Position numbers and translations under genes: made by a program. From a virus, in the IMG/VR virus record IMGVR_UViG_3300049617_000207, positions 1-64,000 of that record: a DNA stretch of 64,000 nucleotides. One strand, 5' to 3'. The notes below the pieces were generated by a model. The model saw only the letters and a program-made list of their open reading frames with translations, was not told the origin of the DNA and did no database searches. Below, piece after piece: positions 37,042-48,602 of the stretch (its first letter is position 1; every line of letters begins with the position of its first letter).

Positions 37042-37458
37042 TCATTGGCTTTTCTCCTTGCATGAGTTGGAGCCGAGTGCGTCGAGGTCATGGAAGAGTG
37101 TATCGAACGCATAGAGGCGCGCCTGGTTAAACGCCGGGGTCTCTTTTTGCTGCAGTTGGTCCGCGATAGCTTGGTTGGCCTCAAACTTATGCACGGCGGA
37201 AACGAATTTCGACGTGTAGGCGCATTGCACCGCGCGTTGCGCTGCGGCTTGCGCCGCGCGGTTGACGATTTCGTCGTGCGCGGCGTTGACCACGAATTGC
37301 GTGCGGATACTCTCGTACCCGAGCGTCGCAATCATGATGAGCCCGACCACAACGGTCATGAGCATGAAGCGATTGAGTTTATCGTTAGTGAGCGTGTGAA
37401 TGTGCTCGTTGCTTTTCTCGATGGAAATTTCCTCGTGACCGTCGACAAGTGGCATCAT
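37042..37458 (-). CDS. single-TM membrane protein
   Basis: FMLMTVVVGLIMIATLGY segment. Confidence 0.55.
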   Translation of the reverse strand: MMPLVDGHEEISIEKSNEHIHTLTNDKLNRFMLMTVVVGLIMIATLGYESIRTQFVVNAAHDEIVNRAAQAAAQRAVQCAYTSKFVSAVHKFEANQAIADQLQQKETPAFNQARLYAFDTLFHDLDALGSNSCKEKSQ

Positions 37459-37943
37459 GTCTTCTTCTTCCGTGCAAATGAATTCGCCAGCGTTTGAAAA
37501 AATGTCAAATTTTGCAAGTCGCGCAGTTCGTCTTTGACCGAGGTGAGTTCGCGAAGAAGCTCCACGTTTGCACGCAGAGCTTCCGTGTTCGTGGTCTGCA
37601 GGTCGCCGATTTGCGCAATGAGCGTACTCATACGGCCGTCGACCAGGCCATGCACCTCGTCGATTTTCTCGCCGTTGGCATCGGTGCCGTCCTTAATCGC
37701 CGCGGCGTCGTTCTTGAATTGGCGCAGGGGCGTGACGATAAGGAGCGTGACCATCGCGCCGAGCGCGGGCGTGAGGATGGAGGCGAGTACGCCGATGATC
37801 GAGACCGTCAGGCCGTCGCCGTACTTGAGCGCCAGCAGCGCGCACACGGCGAATACCGTGGAGACCGAAAGGATCGGGACGACGACTTGCCATTGCTTCG
37901 GGTGCAGCGCCGCATTAGCGAGCGTCGGTTTCATAAGAGCCAC
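37455..37943 (-). CDS. two-TM plus coiled-coil membrane protein (lysis-related?)
   Basis: Two hydrophobic helices; late motif at 37988 upstream. Confidence 0.55.
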   Translation of the reverse strand: MALMKPTLANAALHPKQWQVVVPILSVSTVFAVCALLALKYGDGLTVSIIGVLASILTPALGAMVTLLIVTPLRQFKNDAAAIKDGTDANGEKIDEVHGLVDGRMSTLIAQIGDLQTTNTEALRANVELLRELTSVKDELRDLQNLTFFQTLANSFARKKKT

Positions 37944-37999
37944 CTTCCTTGGTGCATACTGCTTCTTCGTACGTGTAGCAGGAGTGACCCGCTAGAGTT

Positions 38000-39046
38000 T
38001 TAGTTCACCCGGCGCAGGTCGGCGGGTGCGGGGTCGCTCGCGGGCTCGATGATGTGCTGCCCCGGCTCGGGCCGCTCGACGTCGCGGATCGCCTCGAAGA
38101 GCATCTCGGCGCCTGGGCTCTCGCGCGCAAGCTCACGCGCGCTCCACCCGCATCGCGCGCAGACCATCGTGCTCGGCGCAAAGTCGTGCTCGGCCCCGGA
38201 GCACCGGCGCGCGGGTTTACTCGTGTATTGCTCGCGAAATTCCGCCTTCGTGACCGGCGGCGCCTCGACGTCGATGATCGGCCCGGTGCGCCGCTTGGGT
38301 GGCGCCGGTAGCTCGGGGCGGGGCACGTAGTCGTGTGGGATCGCGCGCACGGCCGCGATGCGCTCGGGCGTCACGATGCCGGGAGCGCCTGCGCAGTAGC
38401 GCCGGACGCGCGTGTTGAGGCCGTCGTCGTCCTCGCCGGGGTTACGCGTGAGGCCGTAGACGGCCGCGACCTTATCGGCGCGGGTGGGCGCCGCGGGCGC
38501 GAGTAGCTCGCCGACGAGCACCGTCTGCACCGGCCGAGGCGGCTCGGCGAGCGGCGCGAGTACGTTGAAGCCTTCTTCTTCCACCGTGTCGACGAGCCCG
38601 CGGAACGGATCGGGCGGCATCGGCAGCGCGATGTGCTCGACGCCGGGGATCGCCGACGCCGCCTCGGCCATCGCGCGCCCGTAGGCGGAGTCGGGCGAGT
38701 AGCCGTGCCGGTCCATAAGTTCGAGCATGCGGCTCGCGGTGTTACGCGGCACGCCGCCCGCTATCAGTCGCGCGAGCGTGCCGTTGTGCTCGTCGGCCGC
38801 CGCCTGGCTCGTTACGAACGCCTCGCGCGCGAAGCTCTTGAAACGCTGGCTCGGCTCGTCGATTGGCGCCGCGGCCGGGCCGACCGTGCGCATCTCGTTG
38901 CCGGTCTCGACCGCGGCCTCTTGCATCGTGCGCTTGCACTTCGTACAGGGCGCCCGGCCGCTACCGAAGTCGTGTGTTCCGCGGGGGCATAGCGGCCTTG
39001 TATGCAGCGAACGTGGGTCGGGGCGGCGGGGCGAGAGGTTGTCCAT
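38000..39046 (-). CDS. hypothetical protein with two C-x-HDF-CxxC motifs
   Basis: CPRGTHDF..CTKC and CSGAEHDF..CARC. Confidence 0.55.
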   Translation of the reverse strand: MDNLSPRRPDPRSLHTRPLCPRGTHDFGSGRAPCTKCKRTMQEAAVETGNEMRTVGPAAAPIDEPSQRFKSFAREAFVTSQAAADEHNGTLARLIAGGVPRNTASRMLELMDRHGYSPDSAYGRAMAEAASAIPGVEHIALPMPPDPFRGLVDTVEEEGFNVLAPLAEPPRPVQTVLVGELLAPAAPTRADKVAAVYGLTRNPGEDDDGLNTRVRRYCAGAPGIVTPERIAAVRAIPHDYVPRPELPAPPKRRTGPIIDVEAPPVTKAEFREQYTSKPARRCSGAEHDFAPSTMVCARCGWSARELARESPGAEMLFEAIRDVERPEPGQHIIEPASDPAPADLRRVN

Positions 39047-40394
39047 CGGGGTCCTCGATGCTCGGATCGTAGAAGATGATCGTCGGGCGGGGCTCGGCGC
39101 GGAAGATCATCTTACGCGGCGCCTCGCCGGTGAGCCCCTTCTTCACCCGCTCACTCATCGCGCCGCGCGTCCCCGCGGATCGGCCACTCGGCGGAGCCGT
39201 AGCGCGGCGTACCTCGCTCCACTCTCTCCGCCAGGCGCGCCAATAGGTAGCCTAGCGAGAACGCGAGCATCATGCGCTCGAAGTCGTTCATACGTTACGC
39301 GGCTCGTCGAGCGCCGCGGTCGTCGCGCAGATTGGCTTGCCGGGGCCGTGGTCGTGGCCGCTCGCGCACGCTTCGGTCTGGAAGCGTTCGCCGTCGGTGC
39401 AGCACTCCGTGCAAATGTCGTACTCGTGCAGGCACGTGAGACCGATGTCGTCGATGCCCTTGACCTCGCCGCCTGCCTCGGTGTGACCGTGGCCGCACTC
39501 GCCATAGACGCCCCAGGGCCGATGAATTCGGCGGATGCGCAAGAGGGCGGCTTTCGCAAGCGCAAGGTCGGCCGCGATGATGTCGAGCAGCGACCTGTCG
39601 AGCACCTCTCCCGGCGGCACGACGGTCTGCCCGGCCTGCGGCACGACGGTCTGCCCGGCAACGGAAAGGTCGCCGTCGTTTACCAAAGCGGCACGCAGTC
39701 CGTGCAGTAGTACGGGTCGCGTTTGAAGTCCGGGGCATCGCGGCGCACGTCGTACTCACGACCGCAGTAGCGGCACCGGATCGAGACCACCGGCGGCAGA
39801 CTAGTTGCCACCGCAGCAGCCCCCACGCTCGTGCAGGTGAACGTGGACGACCATGTGATCGAGCCCGCGACGCAGGCCGCCAAGTTCACGGCGCTCGGCG
39901 CTCGCCTGGCGCACTAAGTCGCCCAGGCGGCGCGTTGCGGCGTCAAGATGCCGGTCGACCGCGTCGAGGTGCGCCGTCTCGGCATCGAGCGATGCGCGCA
40001 CGTCGCGCAGGTCACTCGATGAGCGGGCAATCGCGTTACGCTGCGAGTCGATAGCGATGATCGCAAGTATAATGATCGCCGCCGCGACCACGAGGTAGAC
40101 GACGAGCGAGATGAGATTCGCAACGCCCTTGGTGCTCATGGGTTGAGCCTTTCTTGGATGGCCTCGGCGCGCCGGTACTCTCCGCGCGCGGTCTTGCGCT
40201 GCCGCTTGACGTCGACCGGCTTGCCGGACTCGGCCATCACGCGCTCGTAGCGTACGACGTCAAGGCACGTCGGCCCGTAGCCCGCTCGGCGCCACTTCAC
40301 ATTAACGAGCTTGCGATTGCAGCGCAAGCACGTGGGATGGTCGGCGTTCGGTACGGGCGGGAAGCCGCTCGTGTCGTGCTTGATCCGGTGTTTC

Positions 40395-41898
40395 TTAGGC
40401 AACGTAGCCTCGCTCTGCCGCCGCGCGCGCGCAGCGTGCGGTTGCGGTCGCGGCCGAGTCGGGCTCGCGCTCGACGAGGATCGCGGACACGCCTTCGGCT
40501 GCCGCTGCGACGCCGGTCGTGCCGGAACCCGCGAAGCAATCGAGGAGCAGGCCGCCCGGCGGGCACACGAGCCGGATGAGGTATTGCATGAGCGCGACCG
40601 GCTTCACGGTCGGGTGCGCGTTCTTCTCGGGCTTCTCGCTCGGGTTGGCGTCGAAGAGCGAGAGCGTCCGCAGCGCGTCTTGTTTCTCGGCGCTGCTCGG
40701 CTTGGCGACGTAGAAGAATCGCGACGCGCCGCCGCGGTCGTCATACCCGCGAGCGTTATCTTCCTTTCGGTTCTTGGAAAGCCAATCACCGCCGTCTTTT
40801 CCGTTCCGCAAATAACTCCGCGCCGACTCGCTCTCGCCGCTCTGCGCGTCGAGTTCGGCGACGCTGCAGCCGGGGACGCACTCCCACACCTCCTGCGTTT
40901 CGTCGCCGTAGAGCTTCCCGTTCGGAGCGCCGTCGCCGTTCTCGGCGCCGACGTTGAGAAACCCGCCCGGCGCGCTTTCCGCCTTCGCGCGGGTCGCCCT
41001 TCACGATGCGTTCGCCGACGCGCGCGCAGATCGGGTGATGCGAGAGGACCACGTTCGCAGGCCAGCGCCCACCGGCGGCCTGCTCAAAAGCCGGTAAGTC
41101 GGGATGCGCTCGATGCCCCGCTGCGAAGTGACCGCCGCGTATGTCGTTGCGCACCGTCGAGCCCTGCAGCGCCTCGCCTTCGGTGCCAATCCGACACGCG
41201 TCGATGTTAAGGGCGCCCGTGCCGTACTTGAGCACGTTGGCCGCGACGCTCTTTTCCGCGAGCGGCTTGCGAACGACGATCCAATGCTCGGAGGCGGGCT
41301 TGAGCGCCGTGCCCCACCCATTCCACTTCTTCGCCGCGTCGGACTTCGCTTCGTACGCGGGCAATAGCTCGCCGGGCGGAAGCGGCGTCCCATCGGGACG
41401 CACTTTTGATGCCGTCGAAATCGCATGCCCGCGTGGGCCTGTCCCCAAGAGTTTGCGGTCGATAGCCGCGGAGACGTTATGTGATTTCGGGAAACCCTGC
41501 CCAAACAAATGAACGACGCAGTCCCTTACCTCGAAGCCCGCATCCTCTAACGCCGTCGCGGTCCAATGCGACGTGCGCGGCAGCGCCCACACGACCCCGT
41601 GCGCGCCGGGCTTGAGCACCCGCAAACACTCGGCGAAGATCGGCGTGAGGGAGGCGATAAACTTCTCGCGATTCCCTATGTCGCGCGTGCCATTCGTGCC
41701 ATAACGCGTCGTCGCGCGACGAGCATACGGGGAGTCAAATGCGCCCCACGATTCCGCAGAGGGGTCATCCCAATTTTTGCCCATGAACGCGATACCTGCG
41801 GGCGGATCGGTCACGAGCGCGTCGACGGAGTCCTCGGCCATGTCGTGCAGCGCGTCGAGCGCGTCGGCGCACAGGACCCGCACGTACGCCTCACCCAT
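40395..41898 (-). pseudogene. N4/N6 DNA methyltransferase (beta class) split by a frameshift
   Basis: VTDPPAG in 5' ORF; HPTVKP...LDCFAGSGTT in 3' ORF; one extra base near 40971 breaks GKR-PGGFLN. Confidence 0.8.
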
Positions 41899-43457
41899 AC
41901 AGGCGCAGCCCCGCGGGATGCGTGCCGTGCTGCCGGATTTGATCGAGCGCGGCGTGCGCGACGTGTAGCGCCACCTCGGCCACGGGCGTCCGCGAGCCGC
42001 CTGGCAGGATGATGACGAAGACGCCGAGCTTCTGCAGTTGCACGCGCGGATCGAGCGCGATGCGGTTGCGCTTCACAGGTCGCCGTCGCCATGCCGGATC
42101 GTGATGTTGGCGGAGGTGGCGATTGCGACGGCAACGATGGCGACGGCGGCCAGCAGGTAGAGCACGACCTTCATCGCGCGTAAATCCCACGGCTTACATC
42201 GAAGATTTCGCGCACGGCTCCGCCCGCGTCGAGCGCCTCTACGCGTACCGCCCACGGTTGCCGCTCTAGCGAAGCCAAGGTGCGCGCGGTTAGCTTCGGT
42301 ACAAAGCCCGCAATCCATGACGGCATCCCCGGCTGACTCCAGATAACCCGCCACCCGCCGCCGTAACTCGCGAAGGGCGCGTCGTCGTCGACGACCGCGG
42401 TCTCGACGGCAGGCAGCGCGATAGCGAGCGGGGCGGCCAGCAGCGCGCCGAACCGAGCAAAGAACGATCCGCGCTTCATCGCGCGAGGTCCTCGGCGGCG
42501 GCGCCGCACCGTTGACAGTAGAGCATGAGGTCGAGCCGGTGCTCGCAGCCCGCGCTCGGCGCCACGCGTTCGATAGCCGCTCGCGCGCGCTGTAGGATAC
42601 GCTCGGACGTCATCGCGCGGCCTCGATCCGCGCGAGCGCCTGATCGGCCGCAACAGCAAGCTCGTAAAGCTCTTCACGCGACACGGAGAGCGTCGTCGTG
42701 AATTGGTTCTCGACCATCGCCTGCGACCTGTCGATGAAATAGGCGCGCAGCCGCGCGAGCCGGGCGTAGCTCGGCTCGAAGGTTCCGCGGGCTGCGAGGC
42801 TCCCGCGGATCGGATCGCGGACGTCCGCGAGGTCGACGACGGCCATGTTTGCGCCCTCCGTGGCGATGCGAGGTGTTAGGTCGGCGAGGTCATCCTAGAC
42901 GCGACGATACCACGTGGACGCACGCCGCTCTATCTCTCCGAGCTTCCGCTCGGCCTTCTTCTGCCGCAGGTACTTGGCAAGCACGCGCACGGCCTCGCTC
43001 TCGGTCACGCCTGCGTGCTTTGCAATATCGGGTAAGGCGCGCCATTCACCGGAAAGCGCGTTCCACAGATTCGCCATATCGCTTCCGAGTATATCAGCGC
43101 GGGGCACCAAAGTCCACTTTTCCGCGCGCGCGCACTACGTCCATCGCACCACGACTTCGTTCCAGAGCGTCGCGACCGGCACGAACACACGCGGCCACGA
43201 CCGCGCCCACGCCTTGCAGCCCGCCCACTTCCAAAGCCGCTTGGGCACGAGCAGCGCCACGTAATACGGGCGGGTCGCGCGCCGGGTCGCGCGCCGGATC
43301 GCCCGCGACGCCCGCTCCCAGGGCGGCCCGTCGCACGACGGGCAGACGTTGACACTACGGTCCTCGCCATGACGGCAATAGCCGAGAAAGCGCGGCCGGA
43401 AGACCATCTCACTCCGACCCTGCGGCACGAGCCAATACGGCAGCCGCAGCCTCTCTT

Positions 43458-44213
43458 TCATTGCATGGCCTGGCCCGGTGCCGACGGCAACACCGTGCGC
43501 ATCCGTGCGACCTTGGCCGCCAGGGTGTCCGTGCGGATACCGACCCGCTGCGCCGAGGTCATGTTCCGCCACGCGGTTATCATCGTTTGCATGGCCTCCC
43601 CGATGTCCGTCGTCGGCTCGGTCTTCGTGGGCACCGCAAGGCCCAGGAGCGCGCACAGGGCCTTCTCGATCCCGAGCAGCGTCTTGCGCTCCGAGGCGAT
43701 GACCGAGCGCAGCGACGCGGCCGATTGGAGCTTACCCGCGGCCCACGCGGCATCGGCCTGGGCCTCGTACTTCGTCATCGCCGCTTGACTGCGCGCCATG
43801 AGCTTCTCGTAACGGTCGGCCTGGACGGTTACGAGCGCCGCCCGCTCGGGGTCGCCCTCCTCGATCCGGCGCCGGGTCTCCATCCGCACGTCAAGAGAGA
43901 CCGTGCGCCGGTCCACGTCGAGCATCCCGGCGATTTGCGAGAACGTGTACCCGGCGATACGCGCGTCGTAGGCACGCACCTGGCGTTCGAGAACCGCCGG
44001 ATCGGTTGGGTCGAGCACGCGCTCGCCGCGGTCGTAAATCGGGTTCGCAGGATCGTGCGGCACCCCCTTACGCGCCCGGCGCGCTTTGCGGTTGAGCGGC
44101 CGAGGGCGGCCGTCCGTGGACCCTAATGCGACATCGTCCATGATGATGCGCACCGTATTCCCGCACGAATACCCCTCTTTCCTGCGCGCGCGTATCCTAG
44201 TATGCTTTAGCAC
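43458..44213 (-). CDS. HTH protein, probable terminase small subunit
   Basis: RIAGYTFSQIAGMLDVDRRTV HTH followed by helical region ending LLGL; start uncertain. Confidence 0.55.
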   Translation of the reverse strand: MLKHTRIRARRKEGYSCGNTVRIIMDDVALGSTDGRPRPLNRKARRARKGVPHDPANPIYDRGERVLDPTDPAVLERQVRAYDARIAGYTFSQIAGMLDVDRRTVSLDVRMETRRRIEEGDPERAALVTVQADRYEKLMARSQAAMTKYEAQADAAWAAGKLQSAASLRSVIASERKTLLGIEKALCALLGLAVPTKTEPTTDIGEAMQTMITAWRNMTSAQRVGIRTDTLAAKVARMRTVLPSAPGQAMQ

Positions 44214-45324
44214 ATGACAACGGAACGAAAAGCCGCGATAGCGGCCGACCTGCGCGAGCCGGGCTTCGAGTGCGCGTGGCGCGACGACGCGCGTGACCTC
44301 CTCGACGCCCTCGAAGAAGCGGATCGCAAGCTCCTCACTCGCGCGCCGCTTCGGGATAGCCGGGCAGGTCGGATCGCTTCACGCCACGTTCGAGGATGTC
44401 GCGGGTCGGCACGAGGTGCGTCTTGCCGGTGACGGCGTCGACGATCCGCTTGGTCGGCCCAAACTGCGCGACGACGTGCTCGATATAGGCAAGGTGGCAC
44501 GGCTCGGAGCACGTGTTCTCGTAGGCCATCCGCTCGAAGCTCTGCCCGCAATTCTGACACCGCTTCATTTCGTTCCACTCCTTGAGCGCGTCGCGACACG
44601 CGACCATGAACCGGGCGGCGGCGTCCTCGTCCATGCCCAGGCTCTTCGCGACCGTGTAAAACGTCGCATCGTGACGCGCCGCGGTCGCCGCCTCGATGAG
44701 ATAGGTGGCCTGCCGGATCGCCTCGGCCGGATCGAGCAACACGTGCAGCCGCCGGTCGCCTTCGACAAGTTCGAGCTTCACGAACGGCGCCTTATTCCAG
44801 AGCCCAAACATCGAGTCGATGAGGATGTTGGAGGATGTCGGCTGCTCGGATGCGCGCTCGCGCTCGGGGCCGCTCACGCCGCGGCCATCGCGGCCTTGTA
44901 GGCGGCGCTCTCGACGGCGTAACGCGACAGGCGGCACGGACACTCCTCACCGTGCTGGCGACCTCGGCAGCCGCTCCCGAAGTCGTCGTGCGCCTGAGCC
45001 CCGTGCCCGCACCCACAGACCGGCCCGCAGCGCCGCGGCTCGGCGTCGACCACGCCCTCCCTCATACCCACGACTCCACGATGCACGGATCGTCCGTGAC
45101 GTCACGCGGTATGCGATAGAGCCCCTGCTCCTGCAACGGCGCGCGCGCTTCGGCCAGCGTCGCGAACGTCTGCGCCTCGCCATTCGTGACCGGCCCATGC
45201 GCACCGCTCAAGACGCCCCACCGGCGCACGACGTAGAGGCCGGGGAAGTCGCTCGGACTCTCATACACGGTCCAGCAGGCGAAGACGTCGGTTTCCACTC
45301 GTGGCCTCCTCTCCTCGTATGCTC

Positions 45325-45705
45325 TTACACGCTTCGAGGGGAATCCCGCCGGGCCTTTGCCTCGTGCCGGTCGACCGCGGCGGCGACGCCTTGGGCGTCA
45401 CGCAATAACAGTTCCCTCATGGCAACTTCAAAGAGCGCGGACACCGACACCTTCCGCTTCCCCCGCTGCAGCACGTACTTTGCCTCACCGGCCGCGTCGA
45501 GCACCGATTGCGGAATCGTGATCCCGATGCGGATGAGCGTATCGGGCGGGGCGGCCGAATAATCGGGCAGGCCGGGCGTCGGGCTGCGCCACTCCCCCGC
45601 TTCTTCTGCCGGTGGCCGCCGTCCGCGAGCAGGCGCCTCCGTCATGAGCGCGGCCACGTCCCCGGCGGCCCCACCGATAGCCTTGGCTTTTTCGAGTCTG
45701 TTCAT
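45325..45705 (-). CDS. putative ribbon-helix-helix partition partner
   Basis: Downstream of parA; RIGITIPQSVLD...SVSALFEVAM. Confidence 0.55.
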   Translation of the reverse strand: MNRLEKAKAIGGAAGDVAALMTEAPARGRRPPAEEAGEWRSPTPGLPDYSAAPPDTLIRIGITIPQSVLDAAGEAKYVLQRGKRKVSVSALFEVAMRELLLRDAQGVAAAVDRHEAKARRDSPRSV

Positions 45706-45745
45706 CTCGTATGCACCTCTCCTGTTATCCTAGTACGCTCGCGCC

Positions 45746-46474
45746 CTAGAGTGCAAGAGTAGATGAGAGCATGCCGTACGCCTGGGCCGCTGCCGACCGC
45801 GGCGCGTATGCCAGCACGGATCGCTTCGCGAGCCCCGCCTCCGCCGCCGCAACGCCGCGCGGGATCGTCGCGATGATCGGGCCGTAGCGGGCCACCTCGG
45901 CCTCCTGGTCACGCGTGAGCGCAAGCCGGGCCTGATACATCGTAAGGACGATCCCGGCGAGCTTATGGGCCGCCTCTAGGCCGTGCAGGAGGCCAAGGCT
46001 CTGCTCCGCCCCGCGTACCGCGAGCGGCTCGGCGAGCACGGCGAGAAGCACCTGATCGGCCACGGTCACGGCGGCCTGCACGAGCGACCCGAACCCCGGC
46101 GCCGAGTCGATGATGATGACCTCGAAGCTCGACCGGCGCAACGCCGCGAGGATCGAACGGTCGCGCGAGCCGTCAAAGAGGAAGCCCAGGCGCGGCGGCG
46201 CCGCCAGGAGTGCGAAGCCCTCGGCCACGCGCACCGCGGCCTGGTCGCCCGTGTCCGCTCCGGCCAGGACCGGCAGAATCGTGCGGCTCTCCATGAGAGC
46301 GCCGGGGTCGATACCGCACGCGAAGCTCGCACCGCCCTGCGGATCGGTGTCCACCAGGAGCGTCCGCTTCCCGCTGGCCTGGGCCGCTGCCGCAAGCGCC
46401 ACGGCAGTCGTCGTCTTACCGACCCCGCCCTTGCCCGAGATAACCCCGATGATCCGGGGTGTGACAGTTCCCAC
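45746..46474 (-). CDS. parA: ParA family ATPase
   Basis: KGGVGKTT, LLVDTDPQG, IIIDSAP. Confidence 0.9.
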   Translation of the reverse strand: MGTVTPRIIGVISGKGGVGKTTTAVALAAAAQASGKRTLLVDTDPQGGASFACGIDPGALMESRTILPVLAGADTGDQAAVRVAEGFALLAAPPRLGFLFDGSRDRSILAALRRSSFEVIIIDSAPGFGSLVQAAVTVADQVLLAVLAEPLAVRGAEQSLGLLHGLEAAHKLAGIVLTMYQARLALTRDQEAEVARYGPIIATIPRGVAAAEAGLAKRSVLAYAPRSAAAQAYGMLSSTLAL

Positions 46475-47365
46475 CGCTGCGCTCCCTCGTCCTCTCGTAT
46501 GCTTTTGCACTAGTCTACCACATGGCACGAGGATACCAGGACAGGGGACGCCGAGGATACGAGAAGAAGAAGCGCCGATGGACGCTAACTCGTGTCACGC
46601 CCTGATCCTGTCGCGCGACATCTCGGCCGGGCTCCTGGTCGCAACGATGGCCCTGCTCATCGCAACCGCGGTGCTCAGCGCGAAAACGCAGCGCATCCTA
46701 ATCGAACGCCAGGGCCGCCTCGATGAGATGCGCGAGATGATCGTGCGTGCAGAGTCCTCGGCGATGATGGCGTCGCGCGTCTCCGTGCCGTCCACCGGCG
46801 TCGCCTGCGCCGGGCTGCCCGACGGCGACCCCGCGGCCGTCCTGATCGTCCCGTGCCTCGTCTGCCATGACCCGGTACGCCTCGGCCCCCACGGGCGCAC
46901 CGTCCACTCCGACTTCGGCATGCCCGTGTGCTGCCTAACCTGCGCCGCTCGCGGGCCGGGCGACAAGCTCATCACGATCCTCGCCACGCCGTAATCTCGT
47001 GCGCTCGTATGCTCTTACGGAACAGGACACGACTTGACGCGTACGCTAGGATGGGTGGAAGAAGAAGGTCTACCACAAGCACAAGGAGGTGACGCCGTGG
47101 ACCGTATCGACCTGCACGCCCTACCCGGCGTCGCGAAGTATCTCTGCGCGCGCCTGGCCTGGGACGGCTTCGACTACGATGTCGACGCTCGGCTCGATCC
47201 GGCCTCGGCCACCGTGCTCGTGACCCTCTTCGGTGAGCGGCGCCGGTGGCTCGACGAGGAGCCGCGGGTCCTGGCGCGCCTGCGTCGTCTCTACGAGCCC
47301 GCGTGGCGCACGCCCGGCTTCGCCGTGAGCTATCGCGTCGCGGATCGGGCCGCCGCCTAGCAGAA

Positions 47366-47405
47366 GAAGAAGACGCCCGCGGCGGTTAGCCTCGGGCGTC
47401 TTCTT
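47366..47405. terminator. bidirectional terminator
   Basis: AAGAAGACGCCCG...CGGGCGTCTTCTT between convergent genes. Confidence 0.7.
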
Positions 47406-47533
47406 GGTCCCACTCGATCCGGCGGTCGCGAACCGCGGGGCGCCGCTTCTGTTTGTGCGAGCCGCCCGGCCGCAGATTCACCGGCGGCCCCAGGCGCCCG
47501 ACGCTCGGGGCCTTGGCGTTCTTCTTTGCCATG

Positions 47534-47881
47534 CTAGTCTTCGAGGTCTTCGAGCGTGCGCACGATGCGGTCGACCCGCAGCCCGCCGCAGCCGTTGATC
47601 GGCGAGATGCTCATTTTCCACAGGGTCACGGCGCCGTCGAGGGTTTGGATCGCGCCCGAGATGGCACCGTCGAATTCGCCTGCTCCGGCGAGCCAATTCG
47701 TCTGCTTCACGGAGAGCCACTTCCCGGCGTGCATGTGCAGGTGCGCGTCGTCCACGTAGTCGCGGCGGAAGGTCGACACGTTCTTGCGGATCATGTCGAG
47801 CACGACGGGGACCACGAGCGCCTGCACGGCCGGGTGCAGGTTCTTCGCGCTGTATTTCGGGGCTCTTTTGGCGTATGCCAT
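47534..47881 (-). CDS. hypothetical protein
   Basis: Downstream of promoter repeat at 47926-47974. Confidence 0.55.
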   Translation of the reverse strand: MAYAKRAPKYSAKNLHPAVQALVVPVVLDMIRKNVSTFRRDYVDDAHLHMHAGKWLSVKQTNWLAGAGEFDGAISGAIQTLDGAVTLWKMSISPINGCGGLRVDRIVRTLEDLED

Positions 47882-48227
47882 GATGTCGGGGTGTGCTTTC
47901 TGCGGGCCTTCGCTCGCGACTCGCTTATCGTACACCCTGCGCGCTGGAAAGTCAATGCGACAGGTGCCCCGTTATCGCCGCTTCCACAGGTGGCACGTCT
48001 TCGCGTGCCAAGGTCCGGCCGGAAGCCCGTTCGCCGAGTAGCACGCACACTTGCTCATCCGCGCGTGCCCTCGAAGCACATGCAGTCGCCGCCCGCGGCG
48101 AGTGCCCCGCACCGGCAATAGCTCCCATCGGGGTGCCGGTTCGCGTCGTAGCGGGGATCGAGGCTCGGGCGCTGCGCATCGGAGCAGTCGCAGCCCAAGG
48201 GGCGGCAGGTCGGGCACTCGTCGTCCA

Positions 48228-48548
48228 TTACGCGAAGACCTCGTCGCGCTCGGCGCGCTCGAAGTCCAGGAGCGCCGTATCGTGCGCGGCCTCGGCTTCG
48301 GCGGCCTCCGCCGCGTCGGCGGCGCACCGCGCGATGTGGTCGAGGCGGCGCTGCCCGAGCTTCCCGGCGAGTGCCTCCGCGATGCTCACGTTGTGCGCGT
48401 ATGCGGTCCCGCTCTTGCGGCGAGCGGTGACGTTGGCGCTGCCGCTCTTGAGGATGCGCACGTGGGCGTCGGAGGCGACGGTGCCGCCGAAGTGCTCCGC
48501 CCACAGGCGGGCCACGGCGCGGAATTGGTCGGGAGTTGGTGTTTCCAT
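48228..48548 (-). CDS. hypothetical protein (probably leaderless)
   Basis: ATG 6 nt after -10 box TACGAT. Confidence 0.65.
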   Translation of the reverse strand: METPTPDQFRAVARLWAEHFGGTVASDAHVRILKSGSANVTARRKSGTAYAHNVSIAEALAGKLGQRRLDHIARCAADAAEAAEAEAAHDTALLDFERAERDEVFA

Positions 48549-48553
48549 GCGCC

Positions 48554-48602
48554 TATCGTACGCCCTGCGCGCTGGAAAGTCAATGCCGGAGGTGCCCCGT
48601 TA
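48554..48602 (-). repeat. ~49-bp stop-codon/box/promoter repeat (copies 47926-47974, 49789-49837; partial 52205, 52499)
   Basis: TAACGGGGCACCTCCGGCATTGACTTTCCAGCGCGCAGGGYGTANNAT. Confidence 0.85.

Noticed and set aside
39615-39660. Tandem 21-bp repeat (GQTVVP twice)
   Set aside because: Two copies inside a small ORF; no evidence of function.
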